Source: an uncultured delta proteobacterium
GTDB taxonomy: Bacteria > Desulfobacterota > BSN033 > UBA1163
NCBI GenBank assembly: GCA_963827685.1
Contig: CAWHBU010000001.1
Location: 96,001 to 160,000, forward strand
Reading direction: 5' to 3'
Length of the DNA stretch: 64,000 nucleotides
Shown here: one piece after another, positions 1 to 8,991 of the stretch
How the letters are laid out: each line of letters begins with the position of its first letter
How positions within the stretch are numbered: the stretch's first letter is position 1
Notes under the pieces: model-generated
Databases searched by the model: none
What the model was told of the DNA's origin: nothing
The model's input: only the letters and a program-made list of their open reading frames with translations
Program-made: the position numbers and the translations under genes

Positions 1-2103
1 TAATTCAGTGAAGAAGGCTCTCCAGAAGGGAGACATCTCGTGGAAATAGAGAATCCTGGGTATTCCGATTTCTGGGGCATTGGATGGGAGTTTCTCTTCT
101 CCTTCATAGGGAGCGAAGAGCATCTTCTCTCTTTCTTCAAAGAGATCTGGTATCGTGGAGCCCTTCGTCCGTTTAATGACATCGTACTTCTCGCATCGGC
201 TTCCGTAAAAGAGGGGCTTCTCTCCCTCCACACTCACTTTTCGAATGAGACAGAGATTGGGACAACCCTTGCATTCAAACGATGTCTGTTCATAACGGCG
301 CTGACTCAGGTCGAACCCTTTAAAGCCCGATCGCTCCCATATCCGCTCTTCCATGGCCAGAATAGCGACACCGATGGCCCCTGTCACATCATGATTCTCA
401 GGAACGATGATCTCTTTCTCTAGGACTTTTTCAAAGGCAGCCACGACTCCTTTATTGAAAGCCGTCCCGCCTTGGAAAAAGATTCGGTTGCCAATACGAC
501 GGTCCCCGACCACACGATTGAGATAGTTCTGAACGATGGAGTAGCTGAGTCCGGCAATCAGGTCATCTTTTTCGGCACCCCTTTGCTGGTGATGAACCAG
601 ATCGGACTCGATGAACACTGTACATCGCTCCCCCATCCTCACTGGCTCTCCGGCAGAGAGGGCAAGGGTTCCGAATTCTTCTTTGATGGAGACATCCAGT
701 TTCTCAGCCTGTTCTTCCAGAAAAGATCCTGTCCCGGCAGCGCAGACCTTGTTCATCTCAAAATCGACCACCACCCCGTTGTCGATGCTGATATATTTGG
801 AGTCCTGTCCACCAATCTCAAAGATGGTATCCACTCTCGGATCAATATAGATGGCTGCGGTGGCCTGGGCAGTGATCTCATTTCGCACCAGATCCGCTCC
901 TACAAAATCTGCCGTGAGGTAACGACCGGAGCCTGTCGTTCCAACCCCTTTAATCTCCACACGGCCCCCAATCTCCTCGCCGATCTCCTGAAGTCCAATA
1001 CGAACCGCCTCGATGGGCCGACCTGCTGTCATCAGATAGCGTTTTGCAAGAACCTTTTTCTCCCTGTCAATGACCACCAGATTGGTGCTGATCGAACCTA
1101 CATCCAATCCCAGATAGACTTCGATCTTCTCTCCCCCTAAACTCCAAACTTTATTTCCCTCCCCATCGAAGGGGGAGGGTTGGGGTGGGGGTGAAGTGAG
1201 GTGGTTGGCAGAGAGGCAGAGAGGCTTTAGTGGAGTCTCTGTTTCTCGATGATCCCGGAGATATTGATTGAAGCGGCCGAGGCCATTCCATTCCTTTTTG
1301 CTCTCCTTGTCTTCCTGGGCCACCAGGATGGCACCGATAGCTCCCATCGAAGCGAAATGCTTTGGAACGATGAGTTCCCCATCGGAAAGTTCTAATACAT
1401 CCAAGAAGGCTTTCCGCATCCCCACATTGGCTGCCACTCCCCCTTGGAAGGAGACGGGCTTCAGAAAGATTTTTCCCTTCCCGATGTTACTCTTGAAATT
1501 TCTGGCCAAGGCATAACAGAGGCCAGCTACAATATCGTAATCCGGGGTGGCGATCTGTTGAAGATGGATCATATCCGACTTGGCGAAGACGCTGCATCGG
1601 CCTGCAATGCGGGGTGGGTTCGTTGATTTGAGAGCGAGCTGCCCAAATGCTTCAATGGTCAGGCCTAATCGGCTGGCTTGCTGATCGAGAAAGGATCCGG
1701 TGCCGGCAGCGCAGAGCGTATTCATCGAAAAGTCGCTGATCTTGGAGCGGCCCTCCTCTTCTTCGATGAGAATCAGTTTGGAATCCTCTCCCCCGATATC
1801 AATGATCGTCCTGACCTCTGGATAGAAATATTGAACCGCTTTCGCCTGGGCAATAATCTCATTGATGAAATTTCCCCCTAAGAGTTCGGAGAGGAGTTTT
1901 CCTCCGGTCCCGGTAAAAGAGATGGAGTGAGATTGTTCAAGGGGAATCCGCCGGAGGACCTCCTCCAATACCCTCTGGACGGTCTGGAGGGGTTGCCCCT
2001 TGGTGCGTGTGTAATGTTCCTCCAGCACATTCCGATGATCGTCCATGACGACGGTATTCGCGCTGACGGATCCAACATCAATACCCAAATAAAGTGACTT
2101 CAT
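1..2103 (-). CDS. Multidomain acyl-CoA dehydratase activase (two BadF/BadG/BcrA/BcrD ASKHA ATPase domains plus DUF2229-like region); 3' end runs off the window
   Basis: Absent from the ORF track, consistent with no stop in the window. Manual translation from ATG 2103 gives MKSLYLGIDVGSVSANTVV, a second domain VYLGLDVGSISTN, IFEIGGQDSK, MNKVCAAGTGSFLEEQA, FQGGTAFN, then CKGCPNLC and IGIPRIL. Confidence 0.93.
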   Translation of the reverse strand, partial: MKSLYLGIDVGSVSANTVVMDDHRNVLEEHYTRTKGQPLQTVQRVLEEVLRRIPLEQSHSISFTGTGGKLLSELLGGNFINEIIAQAKAVQYFYPEVRTIIDIGGEDSKLILIEEEEGRSKISDFSMNTLCAAGTGSFLDQQASRLGLTIEAFGQLALKSTNPPRIAGRCSVFAKSDMIHLQQIATPDYDIVAGLCYALARNFKSNIGKGKIFLKPVSFQGGVAANVGMRKAFLDVLELSDGELIVPKHFASMGAIGAILVAQEDKESKKEWNGLGRFNQYLRDHRETETPLKPLCLSANHLTSPPPQPSPFDGEGNKVWSLGGEKIEVYLGLDVGSISTNLVVIDREKKVLAKRYLMTAGRPIEAVRIGLQEIGEEIGGRVEIKGVGTTGSGRYLTADFVGADLVRNEITAQATAAIYIDPRVDTIFEIGGQDSKYISIDNGVVVDFEMNKVCAAGTGSFLEEQAEKLDVSIKEEFGTLALSAGEPVRMGERCTVFIESDLVHHQQRGAEKDDLIAGLSYSIVQNYLNRVVGDRRIGNRIFFQGGTAFNKGVVAAFEKVLEKEIIVPENHDVTGAIGVAILAMEERIWERSGFKGFDLSQRRYEQTSFECKGCPNLCLIRKVSVEGEKPLFYGSRCEKYDVIKRTKGSTIPDLFEEREKMLFAPYEGEEKLPSNAPEIGIPRILYFHEMSPFWRAFFTEL
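1155..1194. repeat. REP-like palindromic element lying in-frame inside the activase gene
   Basis: Minus strand TCACCCCCACCCCAACCCTCCCCCTTCGATGGGGAGGGAA closely matches intergenic copies at 3423-3463, 18088-18126 and 53016-53054. Confidence 0.8.
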
Positions 2104-2236
2104 CGCCTTGCGCCCAAACCACTTCAAATAGAAACTCTTAGAATTCTAATCGATCTAAATTCGACTTTTCAAGTTTAATTTCTCCCCCTCTAACGAAAAT
2201 GAACATTGACATCAACTCCCTTCCCCTCTCCCTTGA

Positions 2237-2368
2237 GAGACTGTGTCGCAATGGTGACTACGCAAAGAGATGAATCCTTCATGTTAGAGAATACAAGATT
2301 GTTAGGGGACAGGGGGCTGGCTTCCGAAGCTGGTCACCTGTCCCTCACTGCGATTACGACACAGTCTC
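2237..2368. mobile_element. 132-bp MITE with 16-bp terminal inverted repeats
   Basis: GAGACTGTGTCGCAAT (2237-2252) and ATTACGACACAGTCTC (2353-2368) pair with one mismatch. A solo copy of the right end lies at 49434-49449. Confidence 0.7.
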
Positions 2369-2417
2369 CTGGGGAGGAGAGTTTTTGGTTTGATTTCAAA
2401 CAAATCCTGTGATAATA

Positions 2418-2549
2418 GTGAAGCTGCACGCCCTAAAGGGCGGGGCTTCCCGGTGAGGTAGTTTCCGTTTATATTGTGCCCCTCCCTGCCTGCCGGTAGG
2501 CAGGGACCCCACCCTAAAGGCGGGGACCTGCGGGACACATACCGGCCAA
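2418..2549 (+). mobile_element. Non-autonomous two-hairpin element (IS200/IS605-type PATE-like), copy 1, carrying a 20-bp palindrome at 2485-2504
   Basis: GTGAAGCT...GGGCGGGGCTTCCCGG...GACCCC...GGCGGGG...CCGGCCAA aligns end to end with the reverse complement of 13759-13868. Confidence 0.7.
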
Positions 2550-2555
2550 ATCCAT

Positions 2556-2834
2556 ATGGAAAAGGTAAGGGCACGGGTCATCGTTGAAGGGAGGGTTCAA
2601 GGAGTCTTCTTTCGCCAGCACACTCAGGATACGGCTTTTAGGTTGGGGGTGAAGGGTTGGGTCAAAAACCGAAGGGATGGCTGTGTCGAGGCTGTCTTTG
2701 AAGGTGATAGGGAGAATGTGGATCAGATCATCCAGTGGTGCCATCGGGGTCCCTCTGAGGCAAGAGTAAAAAACGTTAGTGTGACCTGGGAGAATTATAC
2801 TGGCGAGTTTGAAGATTTCTCTGTTACTTACTGA
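2556..2834 (+). CDS. acyP: Acylphosphatase
   Basis: GRVQGVFFR, GWVKNRRDG.VE and GPSEARV motifs; 92 aa. Confidence 0.96.
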   Translation: MEKVRARVIVEGRVQGVFFRQHTQDTAFRLGVKGWVKNRRDGCVEAVFEGDRENVDQIIQWCHRGPSEARVKNVSVTWENYTGEFEDFSVTY

Positions 2835-2951
2835 CCTGCCGTGTTCCCAGAATACCACGCCACGAGACGGGGTTAAGGGACACAATATGAATGATATTTC
2901 GTTTGCTCGCGTCCCTCTCGCCACTGCGTGCCTGGGAAGCTCCCTGCTCTG

Positions 2952-3200
2952 TTAGCGTGGAGCTTCCATTTTCTTGGTAGCATCCTTATCCTCTTTGAAT
3001 ATCCTCTTCTTCACATCCTTCTCCACATCCTTCTCCACTTCTCCTTTTTTCTTTTTGATCATTTCTTCCATCACTTCTATTTTTTTGCCGGTATCGGTTA
3101 AACCATGTCCTACCTTCTTCAGGGTCTTACCGCCGCCGAAGTAGACGAAGAAAAAGAAGATGAGGATGCCAACGAGAACTCCTATTAAGAATTTAATCAT
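2952..3200 (-). CDS. Small membrane-anchored hypothetical protein
   Basis: N-terminal hydrophobic helix (MIKFLIGVLVGILIFFFFVYF) followed by a charged tail. AGGAGG RBS before ATG 3200. Confidence 0.7.
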   Translation of the reverse strand: MIKFLIGVLVGILIFFFFVYFGGGKTLKKVGHGLTDTGKKIEVMEEMIKKKKGEVEKDVEKDVKKRIFKEDKDATKKMEAPR

Positions 3201-3658
3201 TACCCTTTTCCCTCCTTTTCCCGACTGGGCAGACATTCAGACATTCCAAACAGGAATAAAATATTCCGTGGGTAAGGTTCTCCTACTTCTCCCAGAATAC
3301 TTGTCCTTTAAGCATGGCCCCTTTTGATCATCTGAAGCGCCTACCCGTACTTGACCAATTGGTTGACTATCTCTTCAATTTAGGGTATCAGGATTCCTTG
3401 AATTTTTCAATCCATTTGTTCCTCATCCCCACTCTTACCCTCCCCCGTCAAAGGGGGAGGGAATTCTTAAGTTAATCCCCCATAAGTGCCCCTCTCCCCC
3501 CGTGCCTGCCTGCGCGAAGCCGCTTCGGCGAAGGCAGGGGAGAGGGGAAGGGTGAGGGGGAAAGTCTTAATTGTTTTGAAATGCGAAGGTATGATAAAAT
3601 TGTATTTGAAATGAGTGGCAAGAATTATTTCGATCGGGTCTTTTCACGGAGAGATACG

Positions 3659-4405
3659 ATGCGGAAGGGATTCCTTTTTATTTTAATCTCTGTTTCGATG
3701 ATCCAATTATTTCTCTCTTCTTTAATAACGCATGCCCAATCACAAGCTATCATCGAAGTAGGAAAGTTTTCCGCTGCAAACGTCGAAGACACACTACCCC
3801 CTGGCTGGAAGCCCCTTACCTTTAAGAAGATCGAGAAGCATACTACTTATACATTGGTCAAGGATGACGATACCGTGGTCATCAAGGCCGTGGCAGAGGC
3901 ATCGGCATCCGGCTTGACCAGGGAGATTAAAATCAACCCCAAGGAATATCCCATTGTACAGTGGCGTTGGAAGATAACTAACATCCTGAAAAAGGGTGAT
4001 GTGCACCGGAAGGATGGTGACGATTACCCTGCCCGCATTTATATCACCTTCGAATATGATGGCAATAAATTAGGTTTCTTTGAAAAAGTAAAATACGAAG
4101 CAGTAAAAATATTGTATGGACAGTACCCTCCTCTCGGTGCGATTAACTATATTTGGGAAAGCAAGGCTCTCGTTGGGACAATGGTTCCCAACCCATATGC
4201 CGATAGGGTCATGATGTTTGTGGTGGAAAGCGGCTCAGCCAAGGTCAATCAATGGGCGAATGAAGAACGGAATGTTTATGAGGACTACAAGAAGGCCTTT
4301 GGTGAAGAGCCTCCGATGATCTCAGGCGTAGCCGTCATGACCGACACCGACAACACCGGTGAGTCGGCAACCGCTTATTACGGAGATATCGTTTTCAAAA
4401 AATAG
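3659..4405 (+). CDS. DUF3047 domain-containing exported protein
   Basis: Signal peptide, W.W, DDYPARIY, INYIW, ERNVYEDYKKAFG and AVMTDTDNTG motifs. ATG 3659 preferred as start. Confidence 0.88.
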   Translation: MRKGFLFILISVSMIQLFLSSLITHAQSQAIIEVGKFSAANVEDTLPPGWKPLTFKKIEKHTTYTLVKDDDTVVIKAVAEASASGLTREIKINPKEYPIVQWRWKITNILKKGDVHRKDGDDYPARIYITFEYDGNKLGFFEKVKYEAVKILYGQYPPLGAINYIWESKALVGTMVPNPYADRVMMFVVESGSAKVNQWANEERNVYEDYKKAFGEEPPMISGVAVMTDTDNTGESATAYYGDIVFKK

Positions 4406-4441
4406 ACCTGCAACCCATCCGTTTTTTCCTACTAAACTGCT
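4224..4441 (+). repeat. Direct repeat copy 1 (3' end of the DUF3047 gene plus about 36 bp downstream)
   Basis: Colinear with 7770-7987; 26 mismatches counted over the 180 coding nt. Confidence 0.93.
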
Positions 4442-4663
4442 CGTAGCTCGTTAAGTGTGGATCTAATCCAAAAATGCAGATTTCAAATAGATATCTTGAT
4501 TTCCGGAGAAGTGCACATAATGGCAAGCTATTCGCAATTTAGAATTGTAGCTTTTACATCCCCCCGTGTGTTTGTATCTCCCTTAATTACGCAGGAAATT
4601 AGTTCAACATCGAGCGAAGGATTCAATTGCTAACCCTTGGGTCCCAGACAAAGCTAATCTTGT

Positions 4664-7510
4664 TCAACTGTTCCTAAGCCGCTTTTGAGCAAAGGCATCA
4701 ATGTCTGTTTCCTGAGATCTAAGGAATTCTAGGAAACTCAACCCATTGATCCGACAGGTCTCGCATAAACTTAGAAGTATAAGATAGTCACGAATACCGC
4801 TTTCAGTTGAATTGCCACGAATATCTCGGCGCAGATAAACAAACGCTTTAACCGCATGTTCCGCGTTATTGTTATTCCAAGGAATGTTATCGTAATCGAG
4901 AAATGTAAATAGCTGCCTTTGGTTCTTCAGGAGTCGCACCTTGCATTTGGTAGCAGCATCCGTACGGAAATCTTGTTGTAAAAGTGACTTAAAAAATCGG
5001 TTCACATCTTTTTTGTGTTTTCGTAGGAAGCGTGCCTTTAAGCCGAACCTATCCACTGTTTCTATCATCGGCTTAACGAGGGCTGCAAAGTCAGCGACAA
5101 GGGATTTCATTTCATTATTAAAAGGTTCTTTGAGAAGATCGTCATTCATGTCACGAATCAGATGAATCAAACACTTCTGCTGAGGGCAGTTCAGTGAATC
5201 ATAGACTGAGTAGAAATCGGAAACCAAAACTCCCTTGAATTCCTTTAAGAGTTCAAGAACCCAACTCCCTTCACGAGTGGGGGTATATAAATACACAACC
5301 TCTTTCAAATTGGTGAACGCCCAAACATACCCTATTTGTCCCTTTACGTTCACTTCCGTTTCATCAGCGTGAATTAAATCGCCGCTAATGATCTTTTCCA
5401 TAAGTTTCTCGGTGGCAGGTTTACAATATAGGGCTACAATGGACTTGAATCTATTTGGGACGGCCCGAGAGAAACTGAGACCCAGTATTTCGTTGAAAAA
5501 TGTGGCAACTCTCTGTTGGGGTACTCGAAGAGCGATATTGAGATAGATGGTCATCGCCAGAAGATTTTTACCAAACTTCTCACTACTGTTCCAGGGTCGC
5601 TCTGAGCTCCAAAAGACTGTGTTACAAGCGGAGCATCGATACCTACAATACAAGTATTTTGTAACCCATCTCTTAATCCCTGACTTGTTATATTTTAAAT
5701 CGAGAATTGTCTTCGTATAGGCCTGGTGCTTATAGATCTTTGTTTTTCCACAAGTGGGACACTGGGAGGGGGCTGGAAAAGAAATCACTTTATTAGGGCG
5801 GAGTTTTATTCTTCTTGTTTTTGTTACTCTTCGCTCAGCTGTTTTAGGGGAGTTATCGGACTTTAGAAGTAAACGCTCTCTCTGGTAATCCCAGTATGCA
5901 GCACTATTTATCTCTTCAAGTTCGGGGAAGACAAACTGGATTTTCCGATAACGAAAGGGAAATGCACTAGGCAAAGAATCGATGTGAACGAAATCATTAG
6001 CAAATGTGCCACGGACTCCCGAATTGCGGGTACTTAAATTGATTAAACAATCCATTACTCGGCAAATTGCTTCACAGTCCTCTGAATTGTAAGTGATAAG
6101 TTTTTGCTTGAAGACACCCTCACGTGAATTATACCAGCTTTCTCGCCACAGGATAGCTTGAATCCCGCTTACATTTGGCTCAGACCACTCGAAACCGAGG
6201 AATCTCGAAATATCTTTAAGTCCATTGGAATAACAGGGGAAGTAAATCTGCCCGAATATCACTGATAACAAGTTCACAGCAGACTTGATGACATTGGCTG
6301 CTACAGAGCCTTCTGGAGGTTTACCATAACGCTTCGTCATATCCCTAAGAAAAGTGGTTTCAAAGCTACCGTAATGAATGAGAACAGGGTTTTCAACGGA
6401 TGCCAAAATATCCAAGAACTGTTGCCAGATGACTTCCTCGTCATTAACACTGTCTGCCCAAAGACTGTATTGATCGGTTGAGGAGTTGTTTCTGATTCGA
6501 AGGCCAATCAAGTAGTAAAAACCCCGATCAGGGAGTGCTTCTACGTCGAAACAGACAGGCGTACCATCAATTTTAAGTTCAGGGGTTCCCGCTACATGTA
6601 TTTTGTTCTCCCGAATCGCCAATGCCTTTAGTGAATGGTGGTATTTTTCCCTTTTTCCTCTAAGCCGCTTTGGTCGCCGACGGGGACGAAAGGTATAGGA
6701 AAGCTGGTTGACAGTGAAGATCCCCTTCTTATGATTCATCTCGCGTTCCTTTGCTGTCATGCCTTGTAACAAGCTTAGATCATCCTTCTCGACGGCCTTT
6801 TGCCGGCACTCGGCTTTGAACTCACACTCGGAACAATTTCGGTTCAGTACGAGGTCCGGTGGAGAAGGGTTCTCCAGTAAAGTGACAATCTTTTCAACTC
6901 GCTTCCGAACCTTACCCAATAGAACGATGGTCTTCACTTTCAATACGCTGTAATCATCTCCTCGGATGATTTTGGCATAAGCTACGTTATGCCCGAGCGC
7001 TTTCGACAGGGTGAGTGCATCAAATCCCAAAACTAGCCTATCGGCTTGGGTGATCTTGTACCTCGAAATAAAGCGGATGGGAATATATTGGGTGGCTCTT
7101 CTTTCCCGTTTGGAATCAATCCGTTCAACGGCCTGAAGATGAGCGGCCAACACAACTCTAGCGCTCGGGGAAGCAGACGGATATTCCTGAGAAGCTATTT
7201 TCATATGTGAACGATTCAACAGCTTCTGGAAACTAGAACTGTTGACATCACGGGGATCAGATTCAACCACCAATCTCGCAGCCAAACACCACCTGGGCAT
7301 CTTCAAATCTCCACGGGCAAATGGGAAAGAGCATTCCTTTTGTGGTGATCCTTCAAACAAGCGTTTCACTCCCGCACTATAATAGGAATTGTTTCGATCT
7401 TTGACCCACTCGGCATACTCGTTCCCTTCGCCTTTTTTGCCAAGAGAAATGTGCCAGCATTTAGTATTGCATTCGAGGTAGGCTTGGAATATCTGGGATG
7501 TGATTTTCAT
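4664..7510 (-). CDS. Fusion of TM0106/Cas4-like RecB-type nuclease region, RNase H-like (DEDD) exonuclease and IS66-family DDE transposase
   Basis: N-terminal YLEC..KC and NCSECEFKAEC (Cas4-like Cys cluster); FDVE...HYGSFE...GLK...YNSEDC (RNase_H_2-like); CPTC...RCSAC zinc finger; IHADET, LVSDFYSVY, QKCLIHLIR, NNNAEHAVK (IS66 core). Confidence 0.85.
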   Translation of the reverse strand: MKITSQIFQAYLECNTKCWHISLGKKGEGNEYAEWVKDRNNSYYSAGVKRLFEGSPQKECSFPFARGDLKMPRWCLAARLVVESDPRDVNSSSFQKLLNRSHMKIASQEYPSASPSARVVLAAHLQAVERIDSKRERRATQYIPIRFISRYKITQADRLVLGFDALTLSKALGHNVAYAKIIRGDDYSVLKVKTIVLLGKVRKRVEKIVTLLENPSPPDLVLNRNCSECEFKAECRQKAVEKDDLSLLQGMTAKEREMNHKKGIFTVNQLSYTFRPRRRPKRLRGKREKYHHSLKALAIRENKIHVAGTPELKIDGTPVCFDVEALPDRGFYYLIGLRIRNNSSTDQYSLWADSVNDEEVIWQQFLDILASVENPVLIHYGSFETTFLRDMTKRYGKPPEGSVAANVIKSAVNLLSVIFGQIYFPCYSNGLKDISRFLGFEWSEPNVSGIQAILWRESWYNSREGVFKQKLITYNSEDCEAICRVMDCLINLSTRNSGVRGTFANDFVHIDSLPSAFPFRYRKIQFVFPELEEINSAAYWDYQRERLLLKSDNSPKTAERRVTKTRRIKLRPNKVISFPAPSQCPTCGKTKIYKHQAYTKTILDLKYNKSGIKRWVTKYLYCRYRCSACNTVFWSSERPWNSSEKFGKNLLAMTIYLNIALRVPQQRVATFFNEILGLSFSRAVPNRFKSIVALYCKPATEKLMEKIISGDLIHADETEVNVKGQIGYVWAFTNLKEVVYLYTPTREGSWVLELLKEFKGVLVSDFYSVYDSLNCPQQKCLIHLIRDMNDDLLKEPFNNEMKSLVADFAALVKPMIETVDRFGLKARFLRKHKKDVNRFFKSLLQQDFRTDAATKCKVRLLKNQRQLFTFLDYDNIPWNNNNAEHAVKAFVYLRRDIRGNSTESGIRDYLILLSLCETCRINGLSFLEFLRSQETDIDAFAQKRLRNS

Positions 7511-7769
7511 GGGTCAAGGCTACTCCTTTGCTCAGATTTGTAGGATTGCGATGCAATTATGATATAAGATTCGCTTACGCAGTTGAAGTTACGCGCCCTT
7601 TTAGCAGTAACCGATCATCCGAAATGGACTCATTTAAAAATTAGTAACGGGTAAAAGCGATATCCATGTAGGACCAGATGGAGCCTTTTGGAGAAGTGCC
7701 ACTATCTGATATCTATTCTTTGTTTCCAGACAGCACAAAATATTTCGATATAACTTTCATTTATTGATT

Positions 7770-7987
7770 TGGAATGCGGCGCAGCCAAGCTCAACCAATG
7801 GGCAAATGAAGAACGAAATATTTATGAGGACTACAAGAAGGCTTTTTGTGAAGAACTGCCAATGATCTCAGGCATTGCCATCATGACCGACACCGACAAC
7901 ACCGGCGAGTCGGCCATAGCGTACTATGGCGATATCCTATTCAAAAAATAGATCTGTACCCCATCCATCTCCTCCTCCTAAACTACT
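7770..7987 (+). pseudogene. 5'-truncated second copy of the DUF3047 gene 3' end (direct repeat copy 2)
   Basis: Encodes ECGAAKLNQWANEERNIYEDYKKAF...TDTDNTGESAIAYYGDILFKK*. The upstream part of the gene is absent. Confidence 0.9.
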
Positions 7988-8002
7988 TCCTGTAAGTATC
8001 GC

Positions 8003-8031
8003 TTGACAAATTGTGTTTAACTGTGTAGATT
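8003..8031 (+). promoter_or_regulatory. Sigma70-type promoter for the ParB/PAPS reductase operon
   Basis: TTGACA-17 nt-TAGATT, about 145 nt before the ATG at 8176. Confidence 0.65.
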
Positions 8032-8175
8032 TCTTTCCGAAATCTTCAATTGACAGTTTCCAATAAAAGTGCCGTTCTAATCAAAGCTGGCGAACTTTTC
8101 TCAGGTCTTGCTTTAGTAATGAAAATGAAGTTGGTAGACCTTGTTATCTTTTTTTCTTAGATAGTGGAGGCCGCT

Positions 8176-8991
8176 ATGACCAGTCAAATATACGAGATCC
8201 GGTTAGATGAAATCAATGTCTCTGATTGGAACGTCCGCCACACTGAACCGGAGAAAGATCTTGAAGAGTTGGCGGCCAGTATCGCAAAACATGGTTTGTT
8301 CCAACCTGTTGTGCTAATGGGTAAGTATGGAAATCCACCATATGAGCTTATTATTGGCCAGAGAAGATTTCTTGCACATAAAAATATCCTCCATAAAAAG
8401 AAAATCCGTGCTGTCTTTGTTGAAAAACTGAACCAAGTACAAGCTACCATCCGTTCCTTGGTGGAGAATATGACCCGTACAGACCTTAATCACGCTAATG
8501 CAGCTGAGGCTATCACATTCTTATATAAGCGACTTGGCAAAGATGAACGTAAAGTAAAGACTGAAACTGGGTTGTCGTTGCAGAGGATAAGGCAATACGT
8601 AGATATCGGAGAACTCGCTTCAACCAAAATGAAGGATAAATTGCGTTCAAGAAAGGTTACGCCGGTTGACGTACAGCGCGTTTTAAGGGCTGCTTCTGGC
8701 GATATCGACAAAGCGGACCGCCTTTTGGAAAAGATGGAAAAGCAAAAGCTCACACCATACCAAAAGAAAAGAATGGTTGAATATGGAGAGAAACACCCTC
8801 ACGCTCATGATGATACGATTATTGAAGAGGCGCAACGCCAAGTGGTGGAACGCACAATTCTGGTGAAGCTATCAGATCAAGCCAGAGCAGGGCTTGAAAA
8901 AGCGGCTGAAAAACTTGCCATGAGCCCCGATGAAGTCGCAGCACATGCAGTTGAAGATTGGCTTTCAAGGAAGGGTTTCATAATTGCATAA
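8176..8991 (+). CDS. ParB/Srx-family CTPase-domain protein with HTH and C-terminal ribbon-helix-helix-like segment
   Basis: LAASIAKHGLFQPVVL, YELIIGQRRFLA and ENMTRTDL (ParB boxes). GGAGG RBS before ATG 8176. No parA nearby. Confidence 0.88.
   Translation: MTSQIYEIRLDEINVSDWNVRHTEPEKDLEELAASIAKHGLFQPVVLMGKYGNPPYELIIGQRRFLAHKNILHKKKIRAVFVEKLNQVQATIRSLVENMTRTDLNHANAAEAITFLYKRLGKDERKVKTETGLSLQRIRQYVDIGELASTKMKDKLRSRKVTPVDVQRVLRAASGDIDKADRLLEKMEKQKLTPYQKKRMVEYGEKHPHAHDDTIIEEAQRQVVERTILVKLSDQARAGLEKAAEKLAMSPDEVAAHAVEDWLSRKGFIIA

Noticed and set aside
40-1881. Plus-strand ORFs 40-423, 472-1140 and neighbours
   Set aside because: They are antisense shadows of the minus-strand activase gene.
4224-7987. 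DGR template/variable repeat pair
   Set aside because: Mismatches are not confined to adenines in either copy, many are synonymous, and no reverse transcriptase is in the window.
8176-8991. Chromosome or plasmid partition locus (parABS)
   Set aside because: No parA or replication gene is adjacent and no parS-like palindrome was recognised.
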